DNA of 52,770 nt, filler included, from Squatina squatina (lineage: Eukaryota), in assembly GCA_031763465.1 (NCBI GenBank). It is 3 parts of 3 records of this genome, joined end to end, with 100 filler letters (N's around TTAATTAATTAA, not from the genome) between each part and the next. Parts side by side here need not be neighbours in the genome. Positions count along the whole stretch, not along the records: positions 1 to 15,927 come from JARFOE010000194.1; 2 more parts are not named here. One strand, 5' to 3'. The notes beneath the pieces were generated by a model. It searched no databases and was not told the origin of the DNA. It saw only the letters and a list, made by a program, of their open reading frames with translations. This document shows positions 1 through 11,897 of this stretch, in pieces (position 1 is the first letter of the stretch; every line of letters begins with the position of its first letter). Both the position numbers and the translations under genes were made by a program.

Positions 1-1078
1 CTGAAATGGCCCTTACCACTTATAAACAGTATCCTTTGTGACTGTGACCAATTTTACTGTCCATCCTCGTCCTACTCAAATTCTTTGTAATCTTTGACGC
101 AGTTGACCACAGCATCCTCCTCCAACTCCTGTCCTCTGTTGTCCAGCTCGGTTTCACATGTATGATCACAACAACCAGATCTACCTCTCTACCATCTTTC
201 TTGACCTCTCCACTGCCTCTCTTGTTAGCCTTTCTGTCTGCCATCCAGTCCTATATGAGCCTCAATTTCCTTCAGTTAACATTGGGAAAACTGAAGCCAT
301 TGTTTTTGGACCCCATCACAAACTCCAGATCCTTGAAACCAATTTCACCCCCTTTCCAACCACACTTTCAGGCTGAACCAGACTGTTTACAGCCTCAGTG
401 TCCTGTTTAACCCCAAGCGGAGTTTCTAATCCCACATCCTCTCCATTACAAAGACCATTCCATCTCTATCACTGTCTCAGTCCATTTTCTGCTGAAACCA
501 TCATTTATGTCTTTGTCACCTCCATTTTTGACTTCCAATTGTTTTGTGGCCGGCTTTCCATACTCCACTCTCCGTGAACTTCAACTTATCCATAACTCTG
601 CCCGTATCCTATCCCGCACCAGATCCCGCTCACCTGTCATCTTTTGTGTTTGCTGACCGGCATTGGCTTCCGGTCCCCTGAAGCCTCTAATGTGAAATTC
701 TCATCCCCATATTCAAATCTATTCATGGTTCCTCCCTAACCCCTCATCTCCACAACCTCTGTCAGCTGGGCAGCTTTTTGTGAACCCTACTTTCTTACAA
801 CTTTGTCCTCTTGCGCATACCCCATCATTAGCAGCCATGGCTTCAGTCGTCTAGGCTCTAAACTGTGGAATTCACTCCCGAAACCTCTCTGCCTCTCTAC
901 TTCTCTCCCCTCCACTTTTAAGACCGTTCTGAAAACCCACCTCTTTAACCAGGTTTTTAATCACCCCTTCTAACATTTCCTTCTTTGGCTCGGTGTTANN
1001 NNNNNNNNTTTTGTGTGTCTGTGATGCGCTTTGGGATGTTTTGATACATTTAAATGAACTATATGAGTGCAAGTTATT
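1..1078 (+). mobile_element. Degenerate L2-clade LINE 3' portion (RT remnants plus 3' tail), intronic in CEP97
   Basis: Remnants of L2 RT motifs (ILVLL..FDAVDH-like near 60-120; LNIGKTEAIVFGP near 277-312) and an L2-type tail (GCGCTTTGGGATGTTT...TGCAAGTT) at about 1026-1076. Many stops and frameshifts. Confidence 0.75.
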
Positions 1079-1485
1079 TTTGTTAACTCTCAGCTGCCCA
1101 TCCTTATCAGTGTTACAGGCCAAATATACTATAAAAAATACTTCAAAGCTAACCATCTAGTAGATACTAATTTATGAACAACTTGTATGAATATTGGACA
1201 TTGACACTTAACAGCTTTGCATCTCAAAATATTAGCAGATCAAAGAGCGTTGTCCTCTTACTGTGGCTGCTACCTCAAGAAGCTGACTCTGAGCGGACAG
1301 GTTGCTTTCCAAGGAAGGTGGAACTTGCATTTGAGTGTGATATTTAAAAAAATACTAATTTAAATAAAACAATACAATAAAGGAAATAAGAGAAACTGTA
1401 TAAAATTCATTTTTTTTAATAATGTTAATTCAATTCACCATACTCTATATGTAATAAACTTATTATTTTTGTTTGGTACTTACAG

Positions 1486-1644
1486 TTATCTGTAGCCAAC
1501 AATCGCCTAGTCCGGATGATAGGTGTAACAAAGCTTGTCAATTTGCGAGTTTTAAACTTGCCTAACAACAGTATTGGAAATGTGGAAGGCCTGAAGGACT
1601 TAGTCCATCTAGAATGGCTCAACTTAGCTGGGAACAACATCAAG
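1486..1644 (+). CDS. CEP97: CEP97 internal exon encoding leucine-rich repeats (159 nt, phase 0-0)
   Basis: Acceptor tacttacAG ends at 1485 and donor GTatta starts at 1645. Translates to [53 protein letters not shown], nearly identical to the recalled LRR region of human CEP97. Confidence 0.93.
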
Positions 1645-2406
1645 GTATTATACATTTGCTTAATTAAATCTGAATTGCCATCACAAAATGGTTTCCTTTG
1701 GAAGTATTTCTGTTTCTAGTATTGCGATTTATGTGTCTTTTTTATGTTGAGTTAATTCACATGATCTGCAATCTGAAGTATTTATTTCTTTAGCTTTTTC
1801 AATCTTCTTTTAAACTTATCTCCACTTGCAACTTAATCAAATCCATTATGAGAACTGCTAAATACAATGTTATTGAGCGCAAACAATAACTGCTGTTGTT
1901 CGGCCTCTCCAGTAGTCATTGCTTCTAGTTTCTTGAAAAGCTGTTTCTCTCAACTCTGTGAATACTCTTTTCAACTTCTCTTGCCTCCTGATGGTACAGT
2001 TGCTAGCTCACCTGAAGGAAAAAAAATGAACATTTTTGGATCACTTTTTTCCTACATCTCTAGTTTAAATCTTTGCAAACAATCTTCTTATGTTCCTTCA
2101 TCCTGGTCAATGTGACCGGCATCAAATTTTATCACTGCTAGGTCTGATCCTCTGCTTTCTGCATTCCAATAAGATCTCCGCTCCTGATGGTATCCTGCCA
2201 TGCTTAAAATGTACACCACTGAACTTACTGTCTTGTGTCCCCTCTTCAGTCATTTACTCCCAGCCCATTTTCCCTTTCTTGAAAATATTATCATTTTTAT
2301 TCTGTTCTCCCAGAAAGGTGATTCCTTTTGCTCTTCAAACCACTGCTTTATCCCCACCCCTTTGCCTGTCAGTGCTTTAAAATTTGCTGCATTTCTGCCT
2401 TTTTTT

Positions 2407-2483
2407 AGTTCTGACCAAGGGTCATCGACCCGAAACGTTGACTCTGTTTTTCTCTCCACAGATGCTGCCTGACCTGCTGAGTT
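2407..2483 (+). mobile_element. Penelope-like element terminal-repeat fragment containing a decayed minimal hammerhead motif
   Basis: CTGACCAAGGGTCATCGACCCGAAACGTTGACTCTGTTTTTCTCTCCACAGATGCTGCCTGACCTGCTGAG. Homologous copies lie at 2584-2631 and 50794-50910. Family assignment is from recall. Confidence 0.65.
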
Positions 2484-2583
2484 NNNNNNNNNNNNNNNNN
2501 NNNNNNNNNNNNNNNNNNNNNNNNNNNNNNNNNNNNNNNNNNNNNNNNNNNNNNNNNNNNNNNNNNNNNNNNNNNNNNNNNNN

Positions 2584-2631
2584 CTGCCGGACCTGCTGAG
2601 TTTTTCCAGCATTTTTGTGGTTGTATTCTAG
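2584..2631 (+). mobile_element. Penelope-like terminal-repeat fragment abutting the CEP97 splice acceptor
   Basis: CTGCCGGACCTGCTGAGTTTTTCCAGCATTTTTG aligns with 2465-2483 and with the copy at about 50831-50876. Confidence 0.6.
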
Positions 2632-3112
2632 AGCCTGTAATTCGAATTAACTCATGGGTTTCAGCGAGTGGCCATGGAGGCCAGTCCCACGCAATCCAGC
2701 AGTTCTCACCAGTTCTTGGACAGACTGCAGGGTGTTGTCGTAGTGAGCTCTTCTTGGAGGATATACAGACTGATGAAGATAAATTGAATTGCAGTCTTCT
2801 CTCTTCAGAGTCTACATTCATGCCTGTAACCACTGCAATGTCCCCTCTTTCACCTTCCCATGATCTAAGGTTTCCTAGAGCTATTCTGATGCCAGAGGGT
2901 GATGTCACAACACCATTTCATTTGGAAGCTGGAGCTAAACACAAGGATAGCGATGACCAAAAGCATCAGAGAGCTGCAAGAAGAGCAGAAGAATACGGAG
3001 CATGGCTGGGAAGAGCTAGTGAGAAAAGTAAAGAAGGGATTGACAGCAAGTTGTTCCATGTATCCAGTCCAGTGCAATCTTGTGTCAACCTCACTTCAAG
3101 TGTAAGCAAATA
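2632..3112 (+). CDS. CEP97: CEP97 exon, central region (3' end uncertain: donor near 3100-3102 or inside the gap)
   Basis: Acceptor ttctAG ends at 2631. Phase-1 open frame (E)PVIRINSWV...LFLEDIQTDEDKLNCSLLSSESTFMPV matches the recalled human EPVIQVNSWV...LEDIQTDEDKLNCSLLSSESTFMPV. Confidence 0.9.
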
Positions 3113-3331
3113 NNNNNNNNNNNNNNNNNNNNNNNNNNNNNNNNNNNNNNNNNNNNNNNNNNNNNNNNNNNNNNNNNNNNNNNNNNNNNNNNNNNNNNNN
3201 NNNNNNNNNNNNAGGGATGTCTAAAGGATGGCTGACTCAATATCACCCATTTTACACCATTATCCAAAGTCAAAATTCCTCCTCCCTTCTTGTGAGTTTC
3301 TAATCTAGGCCATGTTGTCAGAAGGAACACT

Positions 3332-3507
3332 GGGTAATTTTAACTAGGAGCAATGGTGTATAATGGACGATTTCAAATAGCTGCTCATTCTATGCCCCAC
3401 CCGATTTTCTGTTCACTTCAATGGAAAGAAAAATCAGGGTTGGTGTATAAAGTGTATCTAATTTGATATCCCCCTTCTTACACCATCATCAAAAGTTACA
3501 TTACCTC
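3332..3507. mobile_element. Palindromic MITE-like non-autonomous DNA element in a CEP97 intron
   Basis: Imperfect inverted arms: GGGTAATTTTAACT/AGTTACATTACC, TGGTGTATAA/TTACACCA and CCCGATTTTC/GAAAAATCAGGG around a TTCACTTCAATGGAA centre. Similar element at 16640-16792. Confidence 0.6.
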
Positions 3508-3597
3508 CATTGAGTGGAAGTCGAGGGCTTCCCCATAAAGAGAGAGAACAAAAGACCCTCAGTCACAATTATAAGAGAATCTGTGTTCTGTCTGCAG

Positions 3598-3850
3598 GGA
3601 AATACATAGGCCAGAGATGCCAAAAGATAGTGGGAGAAAACTCAAAGCCAGATAAATCTGCTATGTCTGTAACATTTGAGCCAAACCCAGAATTTCTGAA
3701 TGAAATGAATAAAGCAGCCGTAAAGATTCAAGCACACTGGCGAGGATTCTATACCAGGAACTGGAATCCAAAAGCAAAGGAAATGCGTTGTGAAATCCGG
3801 CTACGTAGGATGCAGGAACATGTGGAATACTTGACTGAAGAAGTAATCAG
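3598..3850 (+). CDS. CEP97: CEP97 exon encoding the IQ motif and start of the coiled coil
   Basis: Acceptor gttctgtctgcAG ends at 3597 and donor AG|GTgaaa starts at 3851. Encodes AAVKIQAHWRGFYTRNWNPKAKEMRCEIRLRRMQEHVEYLTEEV, matching the CEP97 IQ region. Confidence 0.9.
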
Positions 3851-4412
3851 GTGAAATATTAAAGAAGGGAGGGGTTCTTTTATCCTTTTGAGAATTCATA
3901 TTGAATTCTGATTAAACATTTAGAGATTGAAAACCCAAAGCCCTGCAACCAGAGTAATAACCAAATATTTACCCACGTTCATCTCTGTGTCTCAATACTG
4001 TACTGGGGGGAAATCTGAGTGACCGTCTGTGTTTGCTTGGGTTAAGTCAACAAGATTCCTGGTCCAAAAGAAACCTGAAACAACCAGGCCTTGAAGCTAA
4101 TCCAGGTTTTCCGCTTCCATGGGTGAGAAGTAGTTTGGGCCTTGAAATTCAAATATGTGAACTTAAGTGGATTGGCCATTCCTGGTTCTAGAGATAAAAT
4201 GGCAGGCAAAATAAAGGTAAATACTAGCATAATGTCCAAATAAAATGCAAATATTTATGAAATGTTGTCCCAGATTTGCAGCTGGAATGACAGCTAATTG
4301 GCAGCGTTCACCNNNNNNNNNNNNNNNNNNNNNNNNNNNNNNNNNNNNNNNNNNNNNNNNNNNNNNNNNNNNNNNNNNNNNNNNNNNNNNNNNNNNNNNN
4401 NNNNNNNNNNNN

Positions 4413-5034
4413 CACAAAAGAACCCACTCTCCCACAACATATGTTTATTCATCCTCCTGACTGCACACCACAGTCCTTTCTCTTGAATAGCCAGCTAGGC
4501 CCCCCTTCCAGACAAGATGCTCACTTGGAGTATTCATTGCAAGAATTTCCTGATTCTGGCTTTCAGTCTTCAGACGTCACCCACAATTGTCTCAAAGATT
4601 CCCTGAGCTCTTGTCAGAGTTCCTCAGAAGGGAGCACAAGCACAGTTGTAGAAGCCTCCTGCGAAATTGTGAAAGAAGATAATGAGTGTCTGACTAAGGA
4701 GCTTGGGGAACCAGAAGCCCTAGATTCCAGCCACACAGAATACAGTAAGGAGAACTCAAATAGTGAACAGGACAGCAGCCTTATACAGCAGTATCTCAAT
4801 TCAGTAAGACAGCTGGAAGCTGCAGAGGATGAACCAAATTTTAGTGGAAGGACGGAATGCAATAGTCGGAATGATGTTCACGATTCTTTCTGTGGTGCTT
4901 CAGTGGAAGTGTCTGGAGATAACAATACTAGAATTCCAGAATCCCTCTGTCAAGCACAAGAAGGTGTCATTGAAACTGTAGACTCCATAGATGTGCAAGA
5001 AACAAACCATGAGCCACTCCCTGAGGCATTATGA
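4413..5034 (+). CDS. CEP97: CEP97 terminal coding exon (5' boundary inside the gap), stop TGA at 5032-5034
   Basis: Open frame from the gap edge, with the conserved C-terminal motifs FPDSGFQSS and SEQDSSLIQQYLNSVRQLE. Followed by AT-rich 3' UTR-like sequence. Confidence 0.85.
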
Positions 5035-5223
5035 GTAGATGTAAATAACTGGCTAATTGTAATTGGTTAAGAACAGTGCTAATAAGCTAACAATGTTCTT
5101 GTCCATATGCATACTTATGTGAAAGCAATACATAAAAGGCCTAAGTGTGTTTCAAATGCTGCAAAAATACCCCATTTCGTGTGCTTGTTATTCCAAAGAA
5201 AAAGTTCATGGAGACATCAGACA

Positions 5224-5229
5224 AATAAA
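5224..5229 (+). promoter_or_regulatory. Candidate CEP97 polyadenylation signal
   Basis: AATAAA about 190 nt after the stop, followed by T/GT-rich sequence. Confidence 0.4.
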
Positions 5230-6539
5230 ATGTTATTGTGCTAATTAAATATAATTTTTCAAAAACCCTTTTAAAGATCTGATTTAAATTTAATGCAAGC
5301 ATTTAATGACTTTGGTTTTGCTTATCAGCATTCCAGCTAGCAACAATTTGCAGTCCTCAGTGTTTGCAGTCTTCAGTTTGTATGTTGTTGTGTGATTTTT
5401 ATTTTTCTGAAGAGTATGTTTTTTCTCCCTTCTGGGGGTTTTCTGAGCTATCCTTGACCCCTGCCTCAGAACCTGCATGTGTCTGTACATCTCTCTTCTC
5501 AGCATGATTGCATGACTGAGATTATTAACTTCCTGCATCTAGTATGGTGGGTGTGAATTTGTATCCTACTTAGTAGCAAAACATATTGAAGCAGCAATCT
5601 AGAATGCCATCAATTTGCCATCTTGTTTTCTGTTCACAGCTTTTGTTGATGGAAATATATTCCTCACAATTGGCAAATATATTCCTCCCAATTGCAGCAA
5701 TTAGTTATTTCTGTGTATGAGGTGACATTCATGTCAGACTGATTCAGCACTACTCTACCAAATGGGATTACACTTTGAGTGTTGACAGATTTGAACGGCC
5801 ATAGTTTCATGAATATATTCTAATTTACCCTCTGTTGGCAAACATTCTGGATGGGCGAAGGATTCTAATTCTTGAACAGTTGCAAAATGGGTGACGGTTG
5901 GCTGAGATAGCATCTGTTTCAGTAGTTAATATGAAGTTTTTTTTTAAATGTAAAACTGCAAGCAATTATAGGTATGTCTGTTAGTGTGCATTTTGTAAAA
6001 CTGCAGGATAATACATATTTAGTAGGCAATGTATCTATCCATGGAGCAGAGTAAGATTTATTGGGCCTTCAACCCAAAAATTAGTGAAGTTAAATTAACT
6101 TCACTGCACTGCACGGTATGGTACTGAGATGCAGACCAGCAAAGTCTCCGATTTGATCTCCAATTTTGGATAGGGGTGCAGTGAGACATTGCTATAGAAT
6201 ACAGCATTCCCTTATTCAGATTACTGCTCCTGATCACTTTNNNNNNNNNNNNNNNNNNNNNNNNNNNNNNNNNNNNNNNNNNNNNNNNNNNNNNNNNNNN
6301 NNNNNNNNNNNNNNNNNNNNNNNNNNNNNNNNNNNNNNNNGCTTAGCCTGCTTGATGACTTCACTGTTCCTGAACATCACAGATCCCCTATAGATGGTGC
6401 CAGAATGGAATTAACATTGTAATTAAGGGAAATCAGTGCCACAAAACCTGCTAATTCTTTATGGGCAGCTTTCTTCGAGGTCTACAGTGAGCGCCGTCCT
6501 TTCATCGCTGGCGGCAAAATCCGGGCCATTGGTTTGGTT

Positions 6540-6840
6540 GTGTACAGTTTTGGGCACACCATTATAGAAAGGAACTAGGGCCATGTAGTGAAAATTCATT
6601 AGAATAATACCAGAAATGAGAGATTTATAGTTTGAAGAAAGTTTCAAAAGATGAGGGATTTTCACTGAACAGAGAAGTTATGGAGATCTAACAGACATTT
6701 TCAAAATTATAATAAAATGTGTTGAGAGGGGTAAATAATGAATGATTGTTTGCGCTGGTTGGTGAATCGGTAGCAAGGAGGCACAGATTGAGGATTGTCA
6801 ACAGAAGAATGCTGGGTGTTAGAGATATTTGTTCACTCAG
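6540..6840 (+). mobile_element. Highly decayed CR1 LINE 3' fragment
   Basis: Remnants resembling the CR1 ORF2 C-terminus (LFSLEQRRLRGDL-like and RGHRL-like). Confidence 0.45.
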
Positions 6841-6874
6841 ACGGTTATTGGAGCAGGGAATGGCCAGTGTGTGA

Positions 6875-7630
6875 TTCTGGGAAGTCTCGCTCTCTCCCGC
6901 CAAGCCACTTCTGTCCCCTCACATTCCTGTCCCATGGACAGCCCACAACCGACAGTCTGAGACTCCCTTGAAGTCCACCCCGCTCCAGCCTCCCCATCGT
7001 CACTGAGTACAAAGTCCACCTCCAGCTCAACGATTGTTCCTCAATCCCTCCTGTTTCCCCTTGGGACTGGGGAGAGAAATAATTCTCCTCCTCGCACACC
7101 TCGCATCACGAATTACAAAATCAGGGTCTATATGTGCATTAACTCTTTCTCAATCCCTGCCTCGCTATCTCCACGGCCTGGGACTCTCCGCGCTCATCTT
7201 GTACATGAGGCCCACCTCCTGCTCCCTCGACCCTACTCCCACTAAACTGCTGACCACCCAACTTCGCTTTCTGGCCCCCATGCTAGCTGACATTGCAAAC
7301 GGTTCCCCCTCTTCAGATACTGTCCTACTCCCTTTCATATCTGCTGTCACACCTCAAAATCCCACCCTCGACCCTTCTGACCTTGCAAATTACAATCCCA
7401 TCTCCAAACTTCCTTTTCTCTCCAAAGTCCTGGAACATATTGTCACCTCACAGATCCATGTCTATCTTTCCTGCAATTCCATGTTTGAATCTTTCCAATC
7501 AGGTTTCCATCCCCACCACAGCGTTGAAACGATCCTAATAAAAATGACAAATGACATTCTCTGTGACTGTGGTGCATTTTTGCTCCTTTTCTTTCTCAAT
7601 CTCTGCAGTGTTTGACATTATCAACCATGC
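6875..7630 (+). mobile_element. L2-clade LINE fragment (RT N-terminal region)
   Basis: ORF 7034-7615 contains SCSLDPTPTKLL, LDPSDLANYNPISKLPFLSKVLEHIV and FQSGFHPHHSVETILIKMTNDIL, typical of L2 RT. Confidence 0.85.
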
Positions 7631-8683
7631 TAGTGTAAGAATCAGGCCAAAATCTATATTTTAAAACCTTAATACCAGAAACCAGCACAGCAAGAGCCAA
7701 ACCAGTGGGNNNNNNNNNNNNNNNNNNNNNNNNNNNNNNNNNNNNNNNNNNNNNNNNNNNNNNNNNNNNNNNNNNNNNNNNNNNNNNNNNNNNNNNNNNN
7801 NNNNNNNNNTAGCCCTGCAACTTTTTTTCCCCCTTCAATTTAGCCCCAGTCGAATTCATCAGAAGAACCATTTTCTCGTAAGTAAATTCCTTGTCAATTT
7901 GTAATTATCTATTGGGTCAAAATGCTCCATTATCTACTGTACAGTTTTAATAATCTGTTTTCAATCAGCAGAAATAAGAAATCTCCTGGGTGGGGGAAAA
8001 AGATCAGCTTTGGAGAACTTGACTGATTCACCGCCTTATAAGCAAACGCTGGCACTTGCATCATCTTATCTGCTGGTAAATATATCCAATATTCTTCCTT
8101 TTCAAAATGTAGCTTTAATTTAATAACCTTCTGGGCTGTTGTAGCCTTTGGGTTGCAGGTAACAGTAATATTGATGGGTGCCCTCAGGAATCCGATGGGG
8201 ACTAACAATGCATTGTCATTTTATCAAAAGACAATAAAAACAATGGGGAAACCGGTTTTAAAGGAAATTCAGTCTTGTTACTTGCTGCTAGACCAGTAGT
8301 CAGACCTGGTGTGACCATCAATTGTGCCAACAGAAAACTATTCAATTACCTTTGTTGTTTGACTGTTCATTTTTTTTTCCAATTTCAATAGACTCCACCC
8401 CAGACTCCCAACTCTGTTGAGAATTCAGATGGAGCCCATAAAACTGAATCAAGGAATGATGTAAATCCAGATGTTCTTCAGGACATAATAAAAATGTTGC
8501 AGAATGACACCCATCAGATCTCTCTCAATACAGTCCAGGTCAACTGGGCCAGTGTTGCCAAAACTGACCAGGTTTTTCAGGGAGAAAGAAAATTGCACAA
8601 AAGCATTGATTCCTTGCGGGGGTCTAGGTCTATAGAAACTGGCTGAGTGGCCATTATTCCTATCTGACATGTCAACAGGCCGG

Positions 8684-8995
8684 TCGAAAGATTTTTGGAC
8701 TCCAGGAGAATCAAGGGATATGGGGATTGGGCGGGAAAGTGGAGTTGAGGTTGAAGATCAGCCATGGATCATCCTGTTGAATGTTGGAGCTCGAGGGGCC
8801 GAATGGCCTACTCCTGCTTCTAGTTGTTATGTTTATACACCTCAATTAAGTCTCCCCTCAGCCTCCTCGGTTCAAATGGAAACAATCCCAGCCTCTCCAA
8901 TCTTTCCTCATCGCTAAAATTCTCCAGAACTGGTAACATCCTGGTATATCTCCTCTGTCCCCTCTCGCGTGCAAGCACCTCTTTCCTGTATGAGG
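8684..8995. mobile_element. CR1 LINE fragments: + strand 3' tail (about 8684-8830), then a - strand ORF2 fragment (about 8840-8995)
   Basis: 8684-8830 is the reverse-complement homologue of the CR1 tail at 47135-47290 (GTTGAGGTTGAAGATCAGCCATG...GAGGGGCCGAATGGCCTACTCC). Confidence 0.7.
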
Positions 8996-9689
8996 TCATT
9001 TGGTCTCAAAGGGCCAACTAACAGAAAGCAAACTCATTAAAATTGAGGAAACAGAAATTCTGTCACAATCTACTTACGTATTCTTTAACGCTTCATCAGG
9101 GAGACTGGTGATGGGCAGGTGACTTTATTGACTTGTTTTTAATTTACTTTGTGCAGTGAGTCAGTGAGAAGGATCCTGGGCTGAATCATAAATATCCTAT
9201 TTGTTGGAGCTGCAGAGTCGCTCTGCAGGGGTTTTTCATTTCACGACACTGTAGCTCTAATCTCATCCCCAGAGTGATCACACAGTTCAAATGAATGCAG
9301 TGACGCAACTCGCCTGTGAATTGAAAATTAGTAACAGCCATCAACGGCAGGCTTCAGCCAGTATGAAAAATCCTTATTCATATAAACTTGAATCACCGAG
9401 AGTTGCACTTCAGCACTGGATTGAAAGCCTATTTGTTATGCAGGTATTGTCAGGTGCTGTCGCAATCGCTGAAGACCATGTACCATACCTGTTAAAAAAA
9501 AACAATCGTACACACGGAGGAGAATAATAACCCAAAAGGTCCTGTTAGCTGCCCTGTCAAGATGGTTGCCAGTCGTTTCCTTGGAGCTCCTCCAGCTCCG
9601 TCACCATCACTTTGCCGGGTGTGCGGCAGAATCGCCGGGAGCAGCTCGGAGAAAATTCCTGGCCTGTGTCCATCCGTCTGACCTCTGCA

Positions 9690-9812
9690 TGTCTTAATTA
9701 AGGAAAGCTGGCATGGATTTGTTCAAGACAAATTGTGCTTCACTAACTTGATTGAGGTTTTTGATGAGGTAACAGAGAGGGTTGATGAGGGCAATGTGGT
9801 TGATGTGGTGTA
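9690..9812 (+). mobile_element. CR1 LINE RT fragment
   Basis: HGF....CFTNLIEVFDEVTERVDEGNVVDVV, a CR1 RT motif. Truncated by the gap. Confidence 0.8.
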
Positions 9813-10903
9813 NNNNNNNNNNNNNNNNNNNNNNNNNNNNNNNNNNNNNNNNNNNNNNNNNNNNNNNNNNNNNNNNNNNNNNNNNNNNNNNNNNNNNNNN
9901 NNNNNNNNNNNNCCGGAGCCCACTTTAATTAGAGTTTACTGGTTGAGAACATTGAGAGTTCCACAATTACAGGCATCATACACCTTGCAGTACTGAACAT
10001 CTTTCAGTAGCTTAGTGCTACTTGGAAAACTTAAAAGAAAGACTAGGTGGATTTGTGCCTATAATGGCAACGGCTTAAAGTTTATACTTTATTCCCAGTG
10101 GAAGTCTTCCTTGTTCTTTCCATTGTTCCTTTAATTCTTTGTATTGTTGTAATGCCTCTGCTAATCTTGTTCACTTTCTTTCCTTGTTTTTGTATCTGTG
10201 GGAGTGAAGAGAAATCAAGCAGCAAGTATTCCCATTCTCTTCACCCACAGACTTTCTCTTCTCCCTCACCCGTCTTTTCATTCTTTGCAGGTTTCTTTCA
10301 ATATTTCAAGACCAGGTGTAACATGAAAGCCTAAATTGTCTCGCTTCTCCTTTCCCTTGTGCACAGCACTTCCCCAGTCTCTCAGAATCTTTAGCCTTAG
10401 GTTTGCATTCCACTGCATCCTTGGCCTTCAATACATTCCCCTCCTCACTCTCTCACTCTCTGTATCCTGAGCTTTCCAATAGCTTTCTTCATTTACCTGA
10501 GGCAATGCTCCATTGATAATAAGGGAGCTGGAGTTTGCCACACTCCCAGTACCGCAAAGCAGTGTACTGCTCTCTCTTGCTTTGGGAAAAGTCCCTCTGC
10601 AATACAGAAAATAACCATGTTCAGCAGTTTCTTTAAAAAGACAGACACAGTCACCTTTGCTCCAGTCACAGTGGATCATTTGTACACGACAAAAAGCAAA
10701 ACCTTATTTAGTTATGACCACAATGAATACTCCAACACTTGAATAATTCAAAAATTATCATTTGTTTAAAAAAAGTTGGTATCCATGTTAAAAATGTGCA
10801 TTAATTTAAGGCAATTACACAAACCTATGAGTTCTTAGTGCATTGTTTAGATTTTGTATCACATGATAACCAAAGCCTGGTTGGAACATATCCAATACTG
10901 TAT

Positions 10904-11455
<552 letters not shown>

Positions 11456-11811
11456 CTAAAACAGAAAATAGTGTTATTTAACATGCTTAGCCATAATTTT
11501 GCTGCTGTGAACAGGTATGAGGCTGGGCGGAGCACATCATTTCAAACAGCACCACTATAAAACTTACAATCATAAAAATAAATGAAACTTGCGGCCTTTA
11601 GTTGGGAGCAAGGTTTGAGCCAGGGACTGGAACCTGGGACTGTGGCTGAGAAATCTCAGAGGTACAGACCAGAAATGCACCTTGAGGGTTGTGTATCAGA
11701 CCAGCGACCCATTGTACCCAGTGCCCTGCAGCCAATGGAACTGAATCTTAGACGCTGCATATAAACGGATGGTCGACCTAGTACCACCCATTTTACGTTT
11801 TCACCGAGGGA

Positions 11812-11897
11812 ACATAAAAGCTGACTGTAAAAGCTTCGATAGATATGTGAAGAGAAAAAGATTAGTGAAGACAAATGTAGGTCCCTTACAGTCAGAA
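11812..11897 (+). mobile_element. CR1 LINE ORF2 fragment
   Basis: NIKADCKSFDRYVKRKRLVKTNVGPLQSE, typical of the CR1 endonuclease-RT tether. Confidence 0.65.

Noticed and set aside
3510-3597. N-terminal part of ORF 3510-3854 as CEP97 coding sequence
   Set aside because: It directly follows a MITE, has no recognisable homology and ends in a good acceptor, so it is treated as intron.
8449-8670. 73-aa - strand ORF as an exon or retroelement remnant
   Set aside because: No convincing motif or splice-site pair, so it could not be assigned.
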